Assembly (NCBI GenBank): GCA_963753325.1
Contig: CAVWBS010000001.1
Coordinates: 1,642,297 to 1,706,296 of the forward strand
Direction: 5' to 3'
Source of the DNA: an uncultured delta proteobacterium
GTDB taxonomy: Bacteria > Desulfobacterota > Binatia > UTPRO1
DNA: 64,000 bases
Each line of letters opens with the position of its first letter. Position 1 is the stretch's first letter. A program made the translations under genes and the position numbers. Below the pieces are notes generated by a model. The model ran no database searches. It was not told where the DNA came from and saw only the letters and a list, made by a program, of their open reading frames with translations. Below, piece by piece: positions 22,380 to 32,907 of this stretch.

Positions 22380-22404
22380 TGTTGAGGCTAGGTACGTTGT
22401 TCAC
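22380..22404. repeat. IS481 left terminal inverted repeat
   Basis: Matches the right end in reverse complement; the IS begins with TGT. Confidence 0.7.
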
Positions 22405-23330
22405 GCCGAGACCTGCTGGAGCCGAGTAAGCGGCGGTCGGTAGTGGAGGCTCGTGTGGGGCCGCCGCTGGTTGTAGTAGCGCAGCCACGGGTCGAGTGCA
22501 CGGCGACGGACGGCGGACGTCTGGTACGACCGGCGGTAGGCCCATTCGCGGAGCAGCGTCTGGATGAACCGCTCGGCTTTGCCGTTGGTGCGCGGCGTCC
22601 GCGGTCGCGTGCGCACGTGGCGGACGCCGAGGGCAGCACAGGTCGCGGCAAAGGCCCGCGACACATACGCTGAGCCGTTGTCCGTCATCACCCGCTCGGC
22701 GCGTACGCCGTGCGTGGCAAACCAGGCGACGGCGCGCGTGAGAAATCCGACGGCATCGGCGTGGTGCAACGTCGGGAGCACCTCGACGTAGGCGACTCGA
22801 CTGGCGTCGTCGACACACACGTGCACGTGCTCCCACCCAATGCCCCGAACGGCCTGGCGGCGATCCCCGTGGATGCGGTGCCCGACGCGCGCAATGCGGC
22901 CCAGCGTCTTGATATCGACATGCAGGAGCTCGCCCGCCCGCGCCCGCTCGTAGCGCTGCACCGGAAGCGGCGGACTCAGCGGCGGGAGGCGCTGGAGGCC
23001 GCGCCGACGTAACACCGCCCCGACCGTGGACCGCGGCAGCCGCAGCCGCGCCGCAATCGCCGCCCCGGGCAGTCGGCTTTGGCGCAGCGCCACGATCGCC
23101 GCTTCCCGCCCGGCCGGCGTGCGGTGCGGAATGCGCCGGGGGGCCGATCGCGCATCGAGCAGCCCGGCTGCCCCGGCGCGCCGATAGCGCGCGCGCCACT
23201 TCGCGACCGTGCGCACGCTGATGCTGAACGCGGCCGCCGTCTCCGCGCGCGTCCAGCCTTCCACGTCCACCCGCTGGATGATCACGGCTCTCCCCTTCGG
23301 CGTGGTCTTTGCGTTACGATGCACCCTCAT
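22401..23330 (-). CDS. IS481-family DDE transposase
   Basis: Has an HTH, an integrase-core DDE (rve) domain, and the C-terminal motif LDPWLRYYNQRRPHTSL typical of IS481/IS3-like transposases. Confidence 0.85.
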   Translation of the reverse strand: MRVHRNAKTTPKGRAVIIQRVDVEGWTRAETAAAFSISVRTVAKWRARYRRAGAAGLLDARSAPRRIPHRTPAGREAAIVALRQSRLPGAAIAARLRLPRSTVGAVLRRRGLQRLPPLSPPLPVQRYERARAGELLHVDIKTLGRIARVGHRIHGDRRQAVRGIGWEHVHVCVDDASRVAYVEVLPTLHHADAVGFLTRAVAWFATHGVRAERVMTDNGSAYVSRAFAATCAALGVRHVRTRPRTPRTNGKAERFIQTLLREWAYRRSYQTSAVRRRALDPWLRYYNQRRPHTSLHYRPPLTRLQQVSA

Positions 23331-23394
23331 CCGGGATCCACCTCCTGGGCTGAGATTCGTTTGGTCACGATCTCTTTGCCCCAGGAGGTCCCGG

Positions 23395-23419
23395 GTGAAC
23401 AACGTACCTGGCCGCGACA
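23395..23419. repeat. IS481 right terminal inverted repeat
   Basis: The reverse complement begins with TGT. It is flanked by the second GCTAGC copy. Confidence 0.7.
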
Positions 23420-23420
23420 G

Positions 23421-24326
23421 CTAGCGCCCGATCGTCGCCGCCCGCGACGCACGGCCGAGCCGTCCGACGACCCCGCCCACGGCGAGGGTGACGAAGAAGA
23501 TGCCGGCCAGCGCCAGCACCACGGCGCCGCCGCTCGGAACGAAGAGTTCCGTCGAGAGCGCGAGGCCGCCGAGCCCGGCGATCGTCGCGGCGGCGACGCT
23601 CCACGCCACGTAGCCCGTCATGGTGCGGGCGAGATTGCGCCCCGATGCGGCCGGGACGATCACCAGCGCCTCGACCAATAGCGCGCCGACGATCTTCAGC
23701 GACACCACGATCGCGACCGTGAGCAGGACGACGAACAGGTATTCGAGGCGGGCCGACGGAACGTCGGCGACGCGCGCCAGCGAGGGGCTGACACTGTCGA
23801 GCAGCAGCTCGTTGTAGTGCCACGCCAGCAGACCGATCACCGCCAGACCGAGCAGCGCCAGCAGCGCGAGGTCGGCATCGGTCACGGTCAGCAGACTGCC
23901 GAACATCACCGCCTCGATCTGATGGATGTTGAAGCGCTTCGTCACCGCGACCAGCAGGCAGATGCCGAGCCCGAGGGTCATGGAGAGGAATACCCCGATC
24001 AAGGTATCGGTCGGCAGGGCAGCGCGCCGTTTGGCGTAGACCATGGCGACCGCGCACAGGAGACAGAAGCCGAAGATGCCGCCATACGGGGCGTTCAGCG
24101 GCTCCCCCAGCACGAGCCCGATCGTCAATCCGGTGAGCGCCGCTTGCCCGAGCGCCGTGCTGAGGAACGCGAGGCGGCGCGCGACCACCAGATGGCTCAT
24201 GCCCCCGAGCAGCGGCCCGAGCAGCACGATGGCGATGATGCCGCGCACCACGAACGGATAGCCGAGGCTCGCCGGAATGGTGCCGGCCTGCGCCAGCGCC
24301 GCGAGCCGCTCGTAGAGGGCGGTCAT
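23421..24326 (-). CDS. znuB: metal (zinc/manganese) ABC transporter permease, ZnuB family
   Basis: ABC-3 family permease with about 8 TM helices. The start overlaps the znuC stop (ATGA). Its stop codon TAG lies inside the right target-site duplication of the IS. Confidence 0.85.
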   Translation of the reverse strand: MTALYERLAALAQAGTIPASLGYPFVVRGIIAIVLLGPLLGGMSHLVVARRLAFLSTALGQAALTGLTIGLVLGEPLNAPYGGIFGFCLLCAVAMVYAKRRAALPTDTLIGVFLSMTLGLGICLLVAVTKRFNIHQIEAVMFGSLLTVTDADLALLALLGLAVIGLLAWHYNELLLDSVSPSLARVADVPSARLEYLFVVLLTVAIVVSLKIVGALLVEALVIVPAASGRNLARTMTGYVAWSVAAATIAGLGGLALSTELFVPSGGAVVLALAGIFFVTLAVGGVVGRLGRASRAATIGR

Positions 24327-24994
24327 GCCGTGGTCGCATCGCCGCGCCGCACGACGCGGCGATCGAGAACGACGACCTGATCCGCGAGCCGCCGCACCTG
24401 CGCCGGGTCGTGCGTGACCATCAGGACCGAGAGACCCGCGTCGCGGCGGGCGCGCACGAGCCGCTCCTCGAAGCGCGCCATGGCCGGGGCATCGAGCCCC
24501 GTCGCCGGCTCGTCCAGCAGCAGCAGCTCCGGCAGCGGATCGAGCGCGTGCTCGAGCAGCAAGCGCTGCAGTTCGCCTCCGGAAAGCTCCCCGAGGGCGC
24601 GCTCGCCCCGGCCATCGAGCTCCGCCGCGGCGAGGAGCCTGTCGATGCGCGCCCGGGTGGCCGCGGCGACGCCGAGGCACACCGGACGGCGCTGGCGGGA
24701 GAGCGCGAGGAACTCCGCCGCGGTGAGGGGCAAGGTGCGGTCGACCGCGAACCGCTGCGGCACCAGACCGATGCGACCGGCGGCGCGCCAGTGCAGCCGG
24801 ATGCGCCCGCTGAACTCGGTCTCCCCGAGCACCGCCGCCAGCAAGGTGCTCTTCCCGGCGCCGTTCGGGCCGACGAGCATGGTGGTCGACCCGCACGGCA
24901 CGGTGAGGGACACGTCCTCGAGCAGCACCTCGCCGCCGCGGCGGACGCACAGCCCGTCGATCTCGAGCAGCGGCGACGATCCGTCGTCGCTCAC
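24323..24994 (-). CDS. znuC: metal ABC transporter ATP-binding protein, ZnuC family
   Basis: Walker A (GPNGAGKST), ABC signature (LSGGE) and Walker B (LLLLDEP) are present. The GTG start overlaps the znuA stop (GTGA). Confidence 0.85.
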   Translation of the reverse strand: MSDDGSSPLLEIDGLCVRRGGEVLLEDVSLTVPCGSTTMLVGPNGAGKSTLLAAVLGETEFSGRIRLHWRAAGRIGLVPQRFAVDRTLPLTAAEFLALSRQRRPVCLGVAAATRARIDRLLAAAELDGRGERALGELSGGELQRLLLEHALDPLPELLLLDEPATGLDAPAMARFEERLVRARRDAGLSVLMVTHDPAQVRRLADQVVVLDRRVVRRGDATTA

Positions 24995-25914
24995 GACGCC
25001 GGCGTCCCACCGGGGTCGGTGACCAGCGCCTGGATCATCGCCGCGACGTTGCGGCGCATCTCGCGTTCGAACTCGTCGGCCGCGTAGGCGCCGGTCGCGA
25101 TGTGGCTGATGGTGTACACGCGCGCGCCCGTCGACTCGCGCAGGACCTTCAGCAGCGGGGCCGGGAAGCTCTCCTCGCTGAAGACGACGCGGATCTTCTC
25201 CCGCCGCATCAGCTCGACCATCCTCTCCAGCTCCGCGGCCGACGGCACCAGCCCATGCGCCGGCTCGACCACGCCGACGATCTCGATGCCGAACTCCTGC
25301 ATCAGGTAGGCGTATCCGTCGTGCACGGTGACGACACGCGTGATGCGGGCGTCGGCGAGGGTGCGCGCGGCGTCGGCCTTGATGGTGCGCAGGCGACGCG
25401 CGTAGGCCGCGGCGTTCTCCTGGAACGTCGCGGCGAGCGCCGGGCGCAGCTGCCCGAGCGCGCGCGCGATGAAGTACGTCTGCTGGATCGCGTTCGTGAA
25501 CGACAGGAACGTATGCGAGTTCATCGCCGTGCCGTGCGCCGCGCGCATCAGCGGCACACTTTCGTTCGGGCGGACGATCGTGACGGTCGTGTTGCCCGCG
25601 GCCTTGATCATGTCGAAGATGAACTCGTCATGGCCGACACCGTTCACCACGATCGCGTCGAGGTCGGCCAGACGGGCGATGTCCTGCGGGGACGGCTGAT
25701 AGTTGCCCGCGTCGACGTCACCGGGAATGACCGGCACGACGTCGACCGGCGTCCCGCGGACCACGTTGCTCGTCCACGAGTAGTACGGATGCAGCGTCAC
25801 CCCGACCCGCAGCCGAGGCGACCCGCCGGCCGCCTGCTCGGCTGCGCTCGCCGGCGCGACGACTGCCAGCACCGCCAGCGCGATCAGACCGCCCACGCTT
25901 CCCCTCCACGCCAC
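24991..25914 (-). CDS. znuA: metal ABC transporter substrate-binding protein, ZnuA/TroA family
   Basis: TroA-like periplasmic binding fold. A GTG start is chosen just before the signal peptide (AWRGSVGGLIALAVLAVVAPASAAE); the start is uncertain. Confidence 0.75.
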   Translation of the reverse strand: MAWRGSVGGLIALAVLAVVAPASAAEQAAGGSPRLRVGVTLHPYYSWTSNVVRGTPVDVVPVIPGDVDAGNYQPSPQDIARLADLDAIVVNGVGHDEFIFDMIKAAGNTTVTIVRPNESVPLMRAAHGTAMNSHTFLSFTNAIQQTYFIARALGQLRPALAATFQENAAAYARRLRTIKADAARTLADARITRVVTVHDGYAYLMQEFGIEIVGVVEPAHGLVPSAAELERMVELMRREKIRVVFSEESFPAPLLKVLRESTGARVYTISHIATGAYAADEFEREMRRNVAAMIQALVTDPGGTPAS

Positions 25915-25925
25915 CGCCGTCCTCC

Positions 25926-26561
25926 TCACGGGCCCTGCGCGCCGACGAGCACCTGCGTCCACCCCGCGGCGAACGGCCGCGTCAAAGACGCATCGTCGCC
26001 CGGTACCACGCCGTCCGCGCGGAACCACAGCGTCACGTGCAGCAGGGTTCCGTCGGCGAGCCGGTGATGGGTTTCGTCTGCCGGCGCACCCGGCGCCACG
26101 GTCTCGCTGTATCCGGGCTCGGGCTCCTGGATGAGGGCCAGGACGGCCGGCACGTCCCGCGCGCCCGCGGCCGGCGTGCCAACGTAGGCGAGATAGCGTC
26201 CGTCGCGCACCAGACGCCAGGCGCGGGACGCGCCGCTGAAGGGCGGAATGCCTTCCGACGCCAGCATTGCGACCTCCGGCCATTGCCGGCTGGACGAGCG
26301 CAGCCGCTCCGCCTCCCCCAGCCCCTCCTGCATCTCGCGGAACGCCCGCTGCAGCGGCGGCGCGGCATCACGGAACAGCGTCTGGAACGGGGCGAGACCG
26401 ACCGTTCGCGATCCGTCGTCGGGTCCGGGGCCGCCGCCATGCAGGCCGACCACCACCAGGGCGCCGAAGACGATCGCGCCCATGGCCTGGAAGACGAGGC
26501 GTCCCTCCCCGCGCGCCGACGGCGGCAGCACGTCGACGGTCCTGCACGCGAGGTCAGCCAT
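25926..26561 (-). CDS. hypothetical membrane-anchored protein (first gene of the znu operon)
   Basis: 211 aa with one N-terminal TM helix and high GC3. It lies 11 nt upstream of znuA on the same strand. Confidence 0.5.
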   Translation of the reverse strand: MADLACRTVDVLPPSARGEGRLVFQAMGAIVFGALVVVGLHGGGPGPDDGSRTVGLAPFQTLFRDAAPPLQRAFREMQEGLGEAERLRSSSRQWPEVAMLASEGIPPFSGASRAWRLVRDGRYLAYVGTPAAGARDVPAVLALIQEPEPGYSETVAPGAPADETHHRLADGTLLHVTLWFRADGVVPGDDASLTRPFAAGWTQVLVGAQGP

Positions 26562-26633
26562 CCAACGGCTTTCTACCTCGCGGCCTCGGCGATCGTCGAT
26601 ACCCCTCGCGCCGGCGAGGGTCGCGGGCGCCGG

Positions 26634-27413
26634 CTAGGGCCGCGCGCGTCCGGTGCGCATGCCGCCGCCCAGCGCCCGCGCCAGCGCGCGCACGCACTCG
26701 CCGACCGGGAGACGGCTGGTATCGATCTGCCGATGCGCGCGCGCGTACGCGGAACGACGCGACTCGAGAAGCCGTCTCAGCTCGTCACGCGCCGCGGGGC
26801 GGCCGGCCATCGGTCGGAGGTCGCCCTGGCGCACGACACGCTCCCAGTGATCCTCGGGATCGGCGCGCAGCCAGACCGTCAACGCCCGCTGGCGGAGGAG
26901 CCGGAACGCCGCCTCGTTGCCGACGATCCCCCCACCGGTCGCGAGCACCGCCCGCCCGTGCTCGTGCAGGAACCGCCGCAGCACGTCGGTCTCCAGCCGG
27001 CGGTACGCCGCCTCACCGCTCAGGGCGAACACGTCGGCGAGCGGCACGCCGGCGGTCTGCTCGATCAGCGCATCGAGCTCGAAGAACGGCACGCGCAGGC
27101 GCGCCGCCAGCCGCGAGCCGATGGTACTCTTTCCCGCGCCGCGCATCCCGAGGAGCGCGACCGGCCGCGGCGCCTGCGGCGCCTCGGCGCGCTCCGTCCG
27201 CGCGAGCAACGCGCCGGGGCTCGTCCCGAGGGCGTCGGCCAGGCTCGCCAGCCGCAGCACGGAAATGTTCGCCCGCCCCGCCTCGACCTCGGAGAGGAAG
27301 CGCGTCGAGAGGCGGCTGCGCGCCGCCAGGTCGCGCAACGACGCCCCCGACTCGTGGCGGAGCCGGCGCACCTCGCGGCCGATGGCGGGCAGGAGGTCGT
27401 CCATGAGTGGCAT
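26634..27413 (-). CDS. boxR: BoxR/BzdR-type transcriptional regulator (XRE HTH fused to shikimate-kinase-like domain)
   Basis: N-terminal XRE HTH (ASLRDLAARSRLSTRFLSEVEAGRANISVLRLASLADALG). The C-terminal shikimate-kinase P-loop (LLGMRGAGKSTIG) is the architecture of the benzoyl-CoA-responsive regulators BzdR/BoxR. It is divergent from boxC. The start could be 27404, 27413 or 27446. Confidence 0.75.
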   Translation of the reverse strand: MPLMDDLLPAIGREVRRLRHESGASLRDLAARSRLSTRFLSEVEAGRANISVLRLASLADALGTSPGALLARTERAEAPQAPRPVALLGMRGAGKSTIGSRLAARLRVPFFELDALIEQTAGVPLADVFALSGEAAYRRLETDVLRRFLHEHGRAVLATGGGIVGNEAAFRLLRQRALTVWLRADPEDHWERVVRQGDLRPMAGRPAARDELRRLLESRRSAYARAHRQIDTSRLPVGECVRALARALGGGMRTGRARP

Positions 27414-27421
27414 TATAATGC
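27410..27421. promoter_or_regulatory. perfect 12-bp palindrome GCATTATAATGC containing a consensus TATAAT in both orientations (boxR/boxC divergent control region)
   Basis: This is the only AT-rich consensus -10 in a 70% GC neighbourhood. On the minus strand it reads TATAAT-N7-ATG relative to the MDDLL ATG (27404), a leaderless-mRNA geometry. A -35-like TTGCGT lies 18 nt upstream on that strand. Confidence 0.4.
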
Positions 27422-27486
27422 ATCTCCGCAACCCCCAACGCAACATATTGCTTGCCTCCCGCGGCCCGCTGCGCTAGCAGCGGCAC

Positions 27487-29124
27487 ATGCCGGCGATTCG
27501 CTTCGACACCGAGCCGTCGCGCTACCGGCACTGGACGCTCGCCGTCGACGGTCCGGTCGCCACCCTCACGCTGGCCGTCGACGAGAGCGCCGGTCTCGTT
27601 CCGGGATACGTCCTGAAGCTCAACTCCTACGATCTCGGCGTCGACGTGGAGCTCGCCGACGCCATCCAGCGTCTGCGCTTCTGCCATCCCGAGGTGCGGG
27701 CGCTCGTCATCACGGCCCATCGCGAGCGGGTCTTCTCCGCGGGCGCCAACATCCGGATGCTCGGCCAGAGCTCCCACGCGTTCAAGGTGAACTTCTGCAA
27801 GTTCACCAACGAGACGCGGCTCGCGCTCGAGGAGATGAGCCGCGAGTCGGGCGTCGCGACGTTATGCGCCTTGAACGGCACCGCCTCGGGCGGTGGCTAC
27901 GAGCTGGCGCTCGCATGCGACGAGATCCTCCTCATCGACGACGGCGCCTCCGCGGTATCGCTCCCCGAGGTGCCGTTGCTCGGCGTCCTCCCCGGCACGG
28001 GTGGACTCACCAGGCTCGTCGACAAGCGCCGCGTGCGCCGCGACCTCGCCGATTTCTTCGCGACCACCGCCGAGGGCGTACGCGGCGCGCGCGCCGTCGA
28101 GTGGGGCCTCGTCGACGAAATCGTGCCGCGCTCGGGGTTCGGCGCCCGTGTCGCCGAGCGGGGGCGCGAGCTCGCCGCGCGGGACGCGCCGCCGCCCGGT
28201 CCCGGCATCGTCTGGCCGCCCCTCGTCCGGCGGGCGACGGCGACGCTCGTGACGTACTCACACGTCGCGCTGACGCTCGACCATGCGAAGCGGGTCGCGA
28301 CCCTCCTCGTCCGCGCCCCGCGCGCGCCGCAGCCGCGGGACGCGGCCGAGCTGCTGGTCGCCGGGGCGGGCGCGTGGGCGATCGCCGCCTGGCGCGAGCT
28401 GGACGATGCGCTGCTCCACCTGCGCGCCAACGAGCCGGAGATCGGCGTCGTCCTGCTGCGGACCGAGGGCGATCCCGACACCGTGCTCGCCGTCGACGCC
28501 ATGCTCGCCGCGCAGCCGACACACTGGCTCGTGCGCGAGACGCTGCTGCTGCAGCGGCGCGTGCTGAAACGGCTCGACCTCACGGCGCGGACGTTCTACG
28601 CGCTCGTCGACGGCGGCTCCGCCTTCGCCGGGTCGCTCTTCGAGCTGGCGCTCGCGGCCGACCGCTCCTACATGCTCGCCTCGGCCGACACGCCCACCGC
28701 CGTCGCGCTGTCGCCCTCGAACGCGGGGCTTCTGCCCACCGCCGCGGGGATCTCGCGCCTGGCGACGCGCTTCCTCGGCGACGAGGAGCACGTGCGACAC
28801 GTGCTCGCTCGGCGTGGGCCGTTCGGCCCCGCGCAGGCGCTCCGTGCCGGTCTCGTCACGTTCGCACCCGACGACCTGGATTGGCCCGACGAGATCCGCC
28901 TGGCCGTCGAGGAGCGTGCCGCACTCAGCCCCGATGCGCTGACCGGCATGGAGGCGAGCCTGCGGTTTCCCGGCCCGGAGACGCTCGAGACCAAGATCTT
29001 CGGGCGCCTGTCGGCGTGGCAGAACTGGATCTTCACCCGCCCGAACGCCACCGGCGAGCACGGCGCGCTGACGTCGTACGGGCGCGCCGGCGAGCGGCCG
29101 ACGTTCGACTGGCGGCGCACCTGA
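27487..29124 (+). CDS. boxC: benzoyl-CoA-dihydrodiol lyase (2,3-epoxybenzoyl-CoA dihydrolase), BoxC
   Basis: 545 aa two-domain crotonase-superfamily protein. The size and sequence are characteristic of BoxC, and it sits immediately upstream of boxB. Confidence 0.85.
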   Translation: MPAIRFDTEPSRYRHWTLAVDGPVATLTLAVDESAGLVPGYVLKLNSYDLGVDVELADAIQRLRFCHPEVRALVITAHRERVFSAGANIRMLGQSSHAFKVNFCKFTNETRLALEEMSRESGVATLCALNGTASGGGYELALACDEILLIDDGASAVSLPEVPLLGVLPGTGGLTRLVDKRRVRRDLADFFATTAEGVRGARAVEWGLVDEIVPRSGFGARVAERGRELAARDAPPPGPGIVWPPLVRRATATLVTYSHVALTLDHAKRVATLLVRAPRAPQPRDAAELLVAGAGAWAIAAWRELDDALLHLRANEPEIGVVLLRTEGDPDTVLAVDAMLAAQPTHWLVRETLLLQRRVLKRLDLTARTFYALVDGGSAFAGSLFELALAADRSYMLASADTPTAVALSPSNAGLLPTAAGISRLATRFLGDEEHVRHVLARRGPFGPAQALRAGLVTFAPDDLDWPDEIRLAVEERAALSPDALTGMEASLRFPGPETLETKIFGRLSAWQNWIFTRPNATGEHGALTSYGRAGERPTFDWRRT

Positions 29125-29137
29125 CGGAGGCGAGGCG

Positions 29138-30550
<1,413 letters not shown>

Positions 30551-30570
30551 CGCACGGCCATAGCAGAGCC

Positions 30571-31350
30571 ATGACCCCCCGCACACGACGCTCCCCGCAC
30601 GCGCGGTACACGCCCGCCGGACCGGACGGCATCGGCCGGCTCGAGCTGACCCGACCCGAGAAGCTGAACGCGACCGACGACGATTCCGTCGACGACCTCG
30701 ACCGCGCCGCGGGCCGGGCGCTGCGCGATCGGCGCGCGCGCGCCGTGATCGTCGCCGGCCGTGGCCGTGCGTTCTGCAGCGGCATCGATCTCGCGGCGCT
30801 CGCCGGCGATCGGCTCGGCGCCGATTGGTTTCGCCGTTGGGACGTCGCGCTCGCGAAGATCGAGGCGATCCCGGTCGCGACCGTCGCCGCGATCCAGGGT
30901 CCGTGCCTCGGCGGCGGGTTGCAGATCGCCCTCTGCTGCGATCTCCGCCTCGCCGGCGAGGGTGCGACGTTCGGTCTCTCCGCCGTGCGCCACGGCATCG
31001 TTCCCGGCCTCGCGACGTATCGGCTGCCGCGGGTGGTCGGCATGGATGCGGCGCGCGAGATGATGCTCCTCGGCGAGACGTGGGACGCCGCGCGCGCCGA
31101 GCGATTGCGCCTCGTCGGCCGCGTGGTGCCGCTCGCGCGCCTTCAGGAGGCGGCCCTCGCCGTCGCGACGACGCTGGCCGCCAACGTGCGCACCGCGGTC
31201 GTCGAGACCAAGCGCCTCACGCTGCGCGCCTACGACCTGCCGTTGGAGCGATTCCTCGCCGCCTACGTGCGGGCGCAACGCCGCTGCTGGAGCGATCCCG
31301 AGACGAAAGCGAACCTCGCGCGCTACCGCGCCGGCCGCTGGCGCGGCTGA
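30571..31350 (+). CDS. enoyl-CoA hydratase/isomerase family protein
   Basis: Crotonase-fold motifs (AFCSGIDL, GPCLGGGLQIALCCDLRLAG). Confidence 0.8.
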   Translation: MTPRTRRSPHARYTPAGPDGIGRLELTRPEKLNATDDDSVDDLDRAAGRALRDRRARAVIVAGRGRAFCSGIDLAALAGDRLGADWFRRWDVALAKIEAIPVATVAAIQGPCLGGGLQIALCCDLRLAGEGATFGLSAVRHGIVPGLATYRLPRVVGMDAAREMMLLGETWDAARAERLRLVGRVVPLARLQEAALAVATTLAANVRTAVVETKRLTLRAYDLPLERFLAAYVRAQRRCWSDPETKANLARYRAGRWRG

Positions 31351-31353
31351 GCC

Positions 31354-32895
31354 ATGAACGCCGCGGCCGAGATCGTGCGCGCCGGCGACGATGCCACGGT
31401 GGCGATCCGCGTGCGCGGCGACGCCCGTCGCCTCGACGTCACCCGCGGCGAGCTGCGCCGACGGGTCCGGCAGGCGGCGCGGGCGTTCGTCGCACTCGAC
31501 GTCGCACCCGCGTCACGGGTGGTGCTCGCGCTGCCCGATGGCCCCGAGCTCGTGACGGCGTTTCTCGGGGCGATCTGGCACGGTGCCGTCCCCGTCGTCC
31601 TGAGCTCGTTCCTGCGACCCGACGCCTATGCATCGATCGTCGCCGAGAGCGAGGCCCGGGCGGTCGTCGCGGCCGGGCCCGTCGCCGAAGCGCTGCGCCG
31701 TGACGTCCCCTCCTCGGCAGCGACGATGCTGGCCGTCGCGCCCGACGGCAGCGGCGACTTCGCCGCCCTCGTCGAGCGGCAGCCCCCCGTGGCCGCGCCC
31801 TACGACGCCGCGCCCGACGCCCCCGCCTTCTGGCTGTACAGCTCGGGCACGACGGGCCGGCCGAAGGGCGTCATCCACGTGCAGCGCGCCGTCGGGCACG
31901 CGGTCGCGAGCTACGGTCGACACGTGCTCGCACTCGACGCGCGCGACGTTGCCCACGCGACCTCGAAGCTCTTCTTCGCCTACGGGCTCGGCGCCGGTCT
32001 CTACTTCCCGCTCGCCGCCGGAGGGACGAGCGTCCTCTCGCCCGAGTCCTTCGCGCCGGCGCGCACGTGGCGCATCCTCGCGGAGGAGACGCCGTCGCTC
32101 TTCTTCGCCGTCCCTTCGGCGTACCGCGCGCTGCTGGACGCCGCGCCCGCCGGCGCACCGACGGCGCTGGCGCGCGTACGACGCTGCGTCTCGGCCGGCG
32201 AGGCACTGCCCGAGGCGATCGCGCGCGAGTGGAAGGCGCGCTTCGACGTGGAGATCCTCGACGGCCTCGGCGCCACGGAGGCGCTGCACATCTTCCTCTC
32301 GCAGCGCCCCGGCGAGCCGGCCTCGGGCACGCTCGGGCGCCCGGTCCCGGGCTACGACGTCCGGGTCGTCGACGAGCGCGGCACCCCCGTCGTCGCCGGC
32401 ACCCCGGGTGCGCTGCGGGTCCGCGGCGCCAGCATCGCCGCGGGCTACTGGTGCCGCCCCGAGGCGGAGGCGCGTGCGTTCGTCGACGGCTGGCTCGTGA
32501 CCGGCGACCAGGCCGTCGCGCACGCGGATGGCGCCATCCGGCTTCTCGGACGCACCGATGATCTGCTGAAGGTCTCCGGGCAGTGGGTGTCTCCGGCCGA
32601 GATCGAGGGCGTGATCGGCGCCGTCGCCGGCGTGCGCGAATGCGCGGTCGTCGGCGTGCCGGGCGCCAGCGGCCTGGTCGAGCTGGTCGCCTGGATCGTC
32701 CCCGACCAGCCGGGCGACGATACGCTGGGGAGCCGTCTCGAAGCGACGTGCACGGCGCGCCTCGCGCGCTTCAAACGACCGCGGCGCACCCGCTTTCTGG
32801 AGGCGCTGCCGCGCACGCCGACCGGGAAGATCCAGCGCTTCGTCCTGCGCGAGCGATCGCTCGCCGGGGATCCGCGCGCCGGCAATCGCACTTGA
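31354..32895 (+). CDS. benzoate-CoA ligase family AMP-dependent synthetase
   Basis: AMP-binding motif YSSGTTGRPKGV and the C-terminal PRTPTGKIQR lysine motif. Assignment as benzoate-CoA ligase is by context in the box cluster. Confidence 0.8.
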   Translation: MNAAAEIVRAGDDATVAIRVRGDARRLDVTRGELRRRVRQAARAFVALDVAPASRVVLALPDGPELVTAFLGAIWHGAVPVVLSSFLRPDAYASIVAESEARAVVAAGPVAEALRRDVPSSAATMLAVAPDGSGDFAALVERQPPVAAPYDAAPDAPAFWLYSSGTTGRPKGVIHVQRAVGHAVASYGRHVLALDARDVAHATSKLFFAYGLGAGLYFPLAAGGTSVLSPESFAPARTWRILAEETPSLFFAVPSAYRALLDAAPAGAPTALARVRRCVSAGEALPEAIAREWKARFDVEILDGLGATEALHIFLSQRPGEPASGTLGRPVPGYDVRVVDERGTPVVAGTPGALRVRGASIAAGYWCRPEAEARAFVDGWLVTGDQAVAHADGAIRLLGRTDDLLKVSGQWVSPAEIEGVIGAVAGVRECAVVGVPGASGLVELVAWIVPDQPGDDTLGSRLEATCTARLARFKRPRRTRFLEALPRTPTGKIQRFVLRERSLAGDPRAGNRT

Positions 32896-32907
32896 ACGGG
32901 AGGCCGC

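Larger units (their letters stand above)
22380..23419 (-). mobile_element. IS481-family insertion sequence (1040 bp) with a 6-bp target duplication GCTAGC
   Basis: Ends are TGTTGAGGCTAGGTACGTTGTTCAC and ...GTGAACAACGTACCTGGCCGCGACA (reverse-complement TGTCGCGGCCAGGTACGTTGTTCAC). TGT termini are present and 17/25 terminal positions match. Direct repeats GCTAGC at 22374-22379 and 23420-23425 fit the IS481 NCTAGN target preference. A single DDE transposase ORF lies inside. Confidence 0.85.

Noticed and set aside
26562-26633. Zur box upstream of the znu operon
   Set aside because: No AT-rich palindrome resembling known Zur boxes is present. Only a weak -35/-10 (TCGACG-18-TAGAAA) and a short ATCG-A-CGAT element were seen, so regulation is unresolved.
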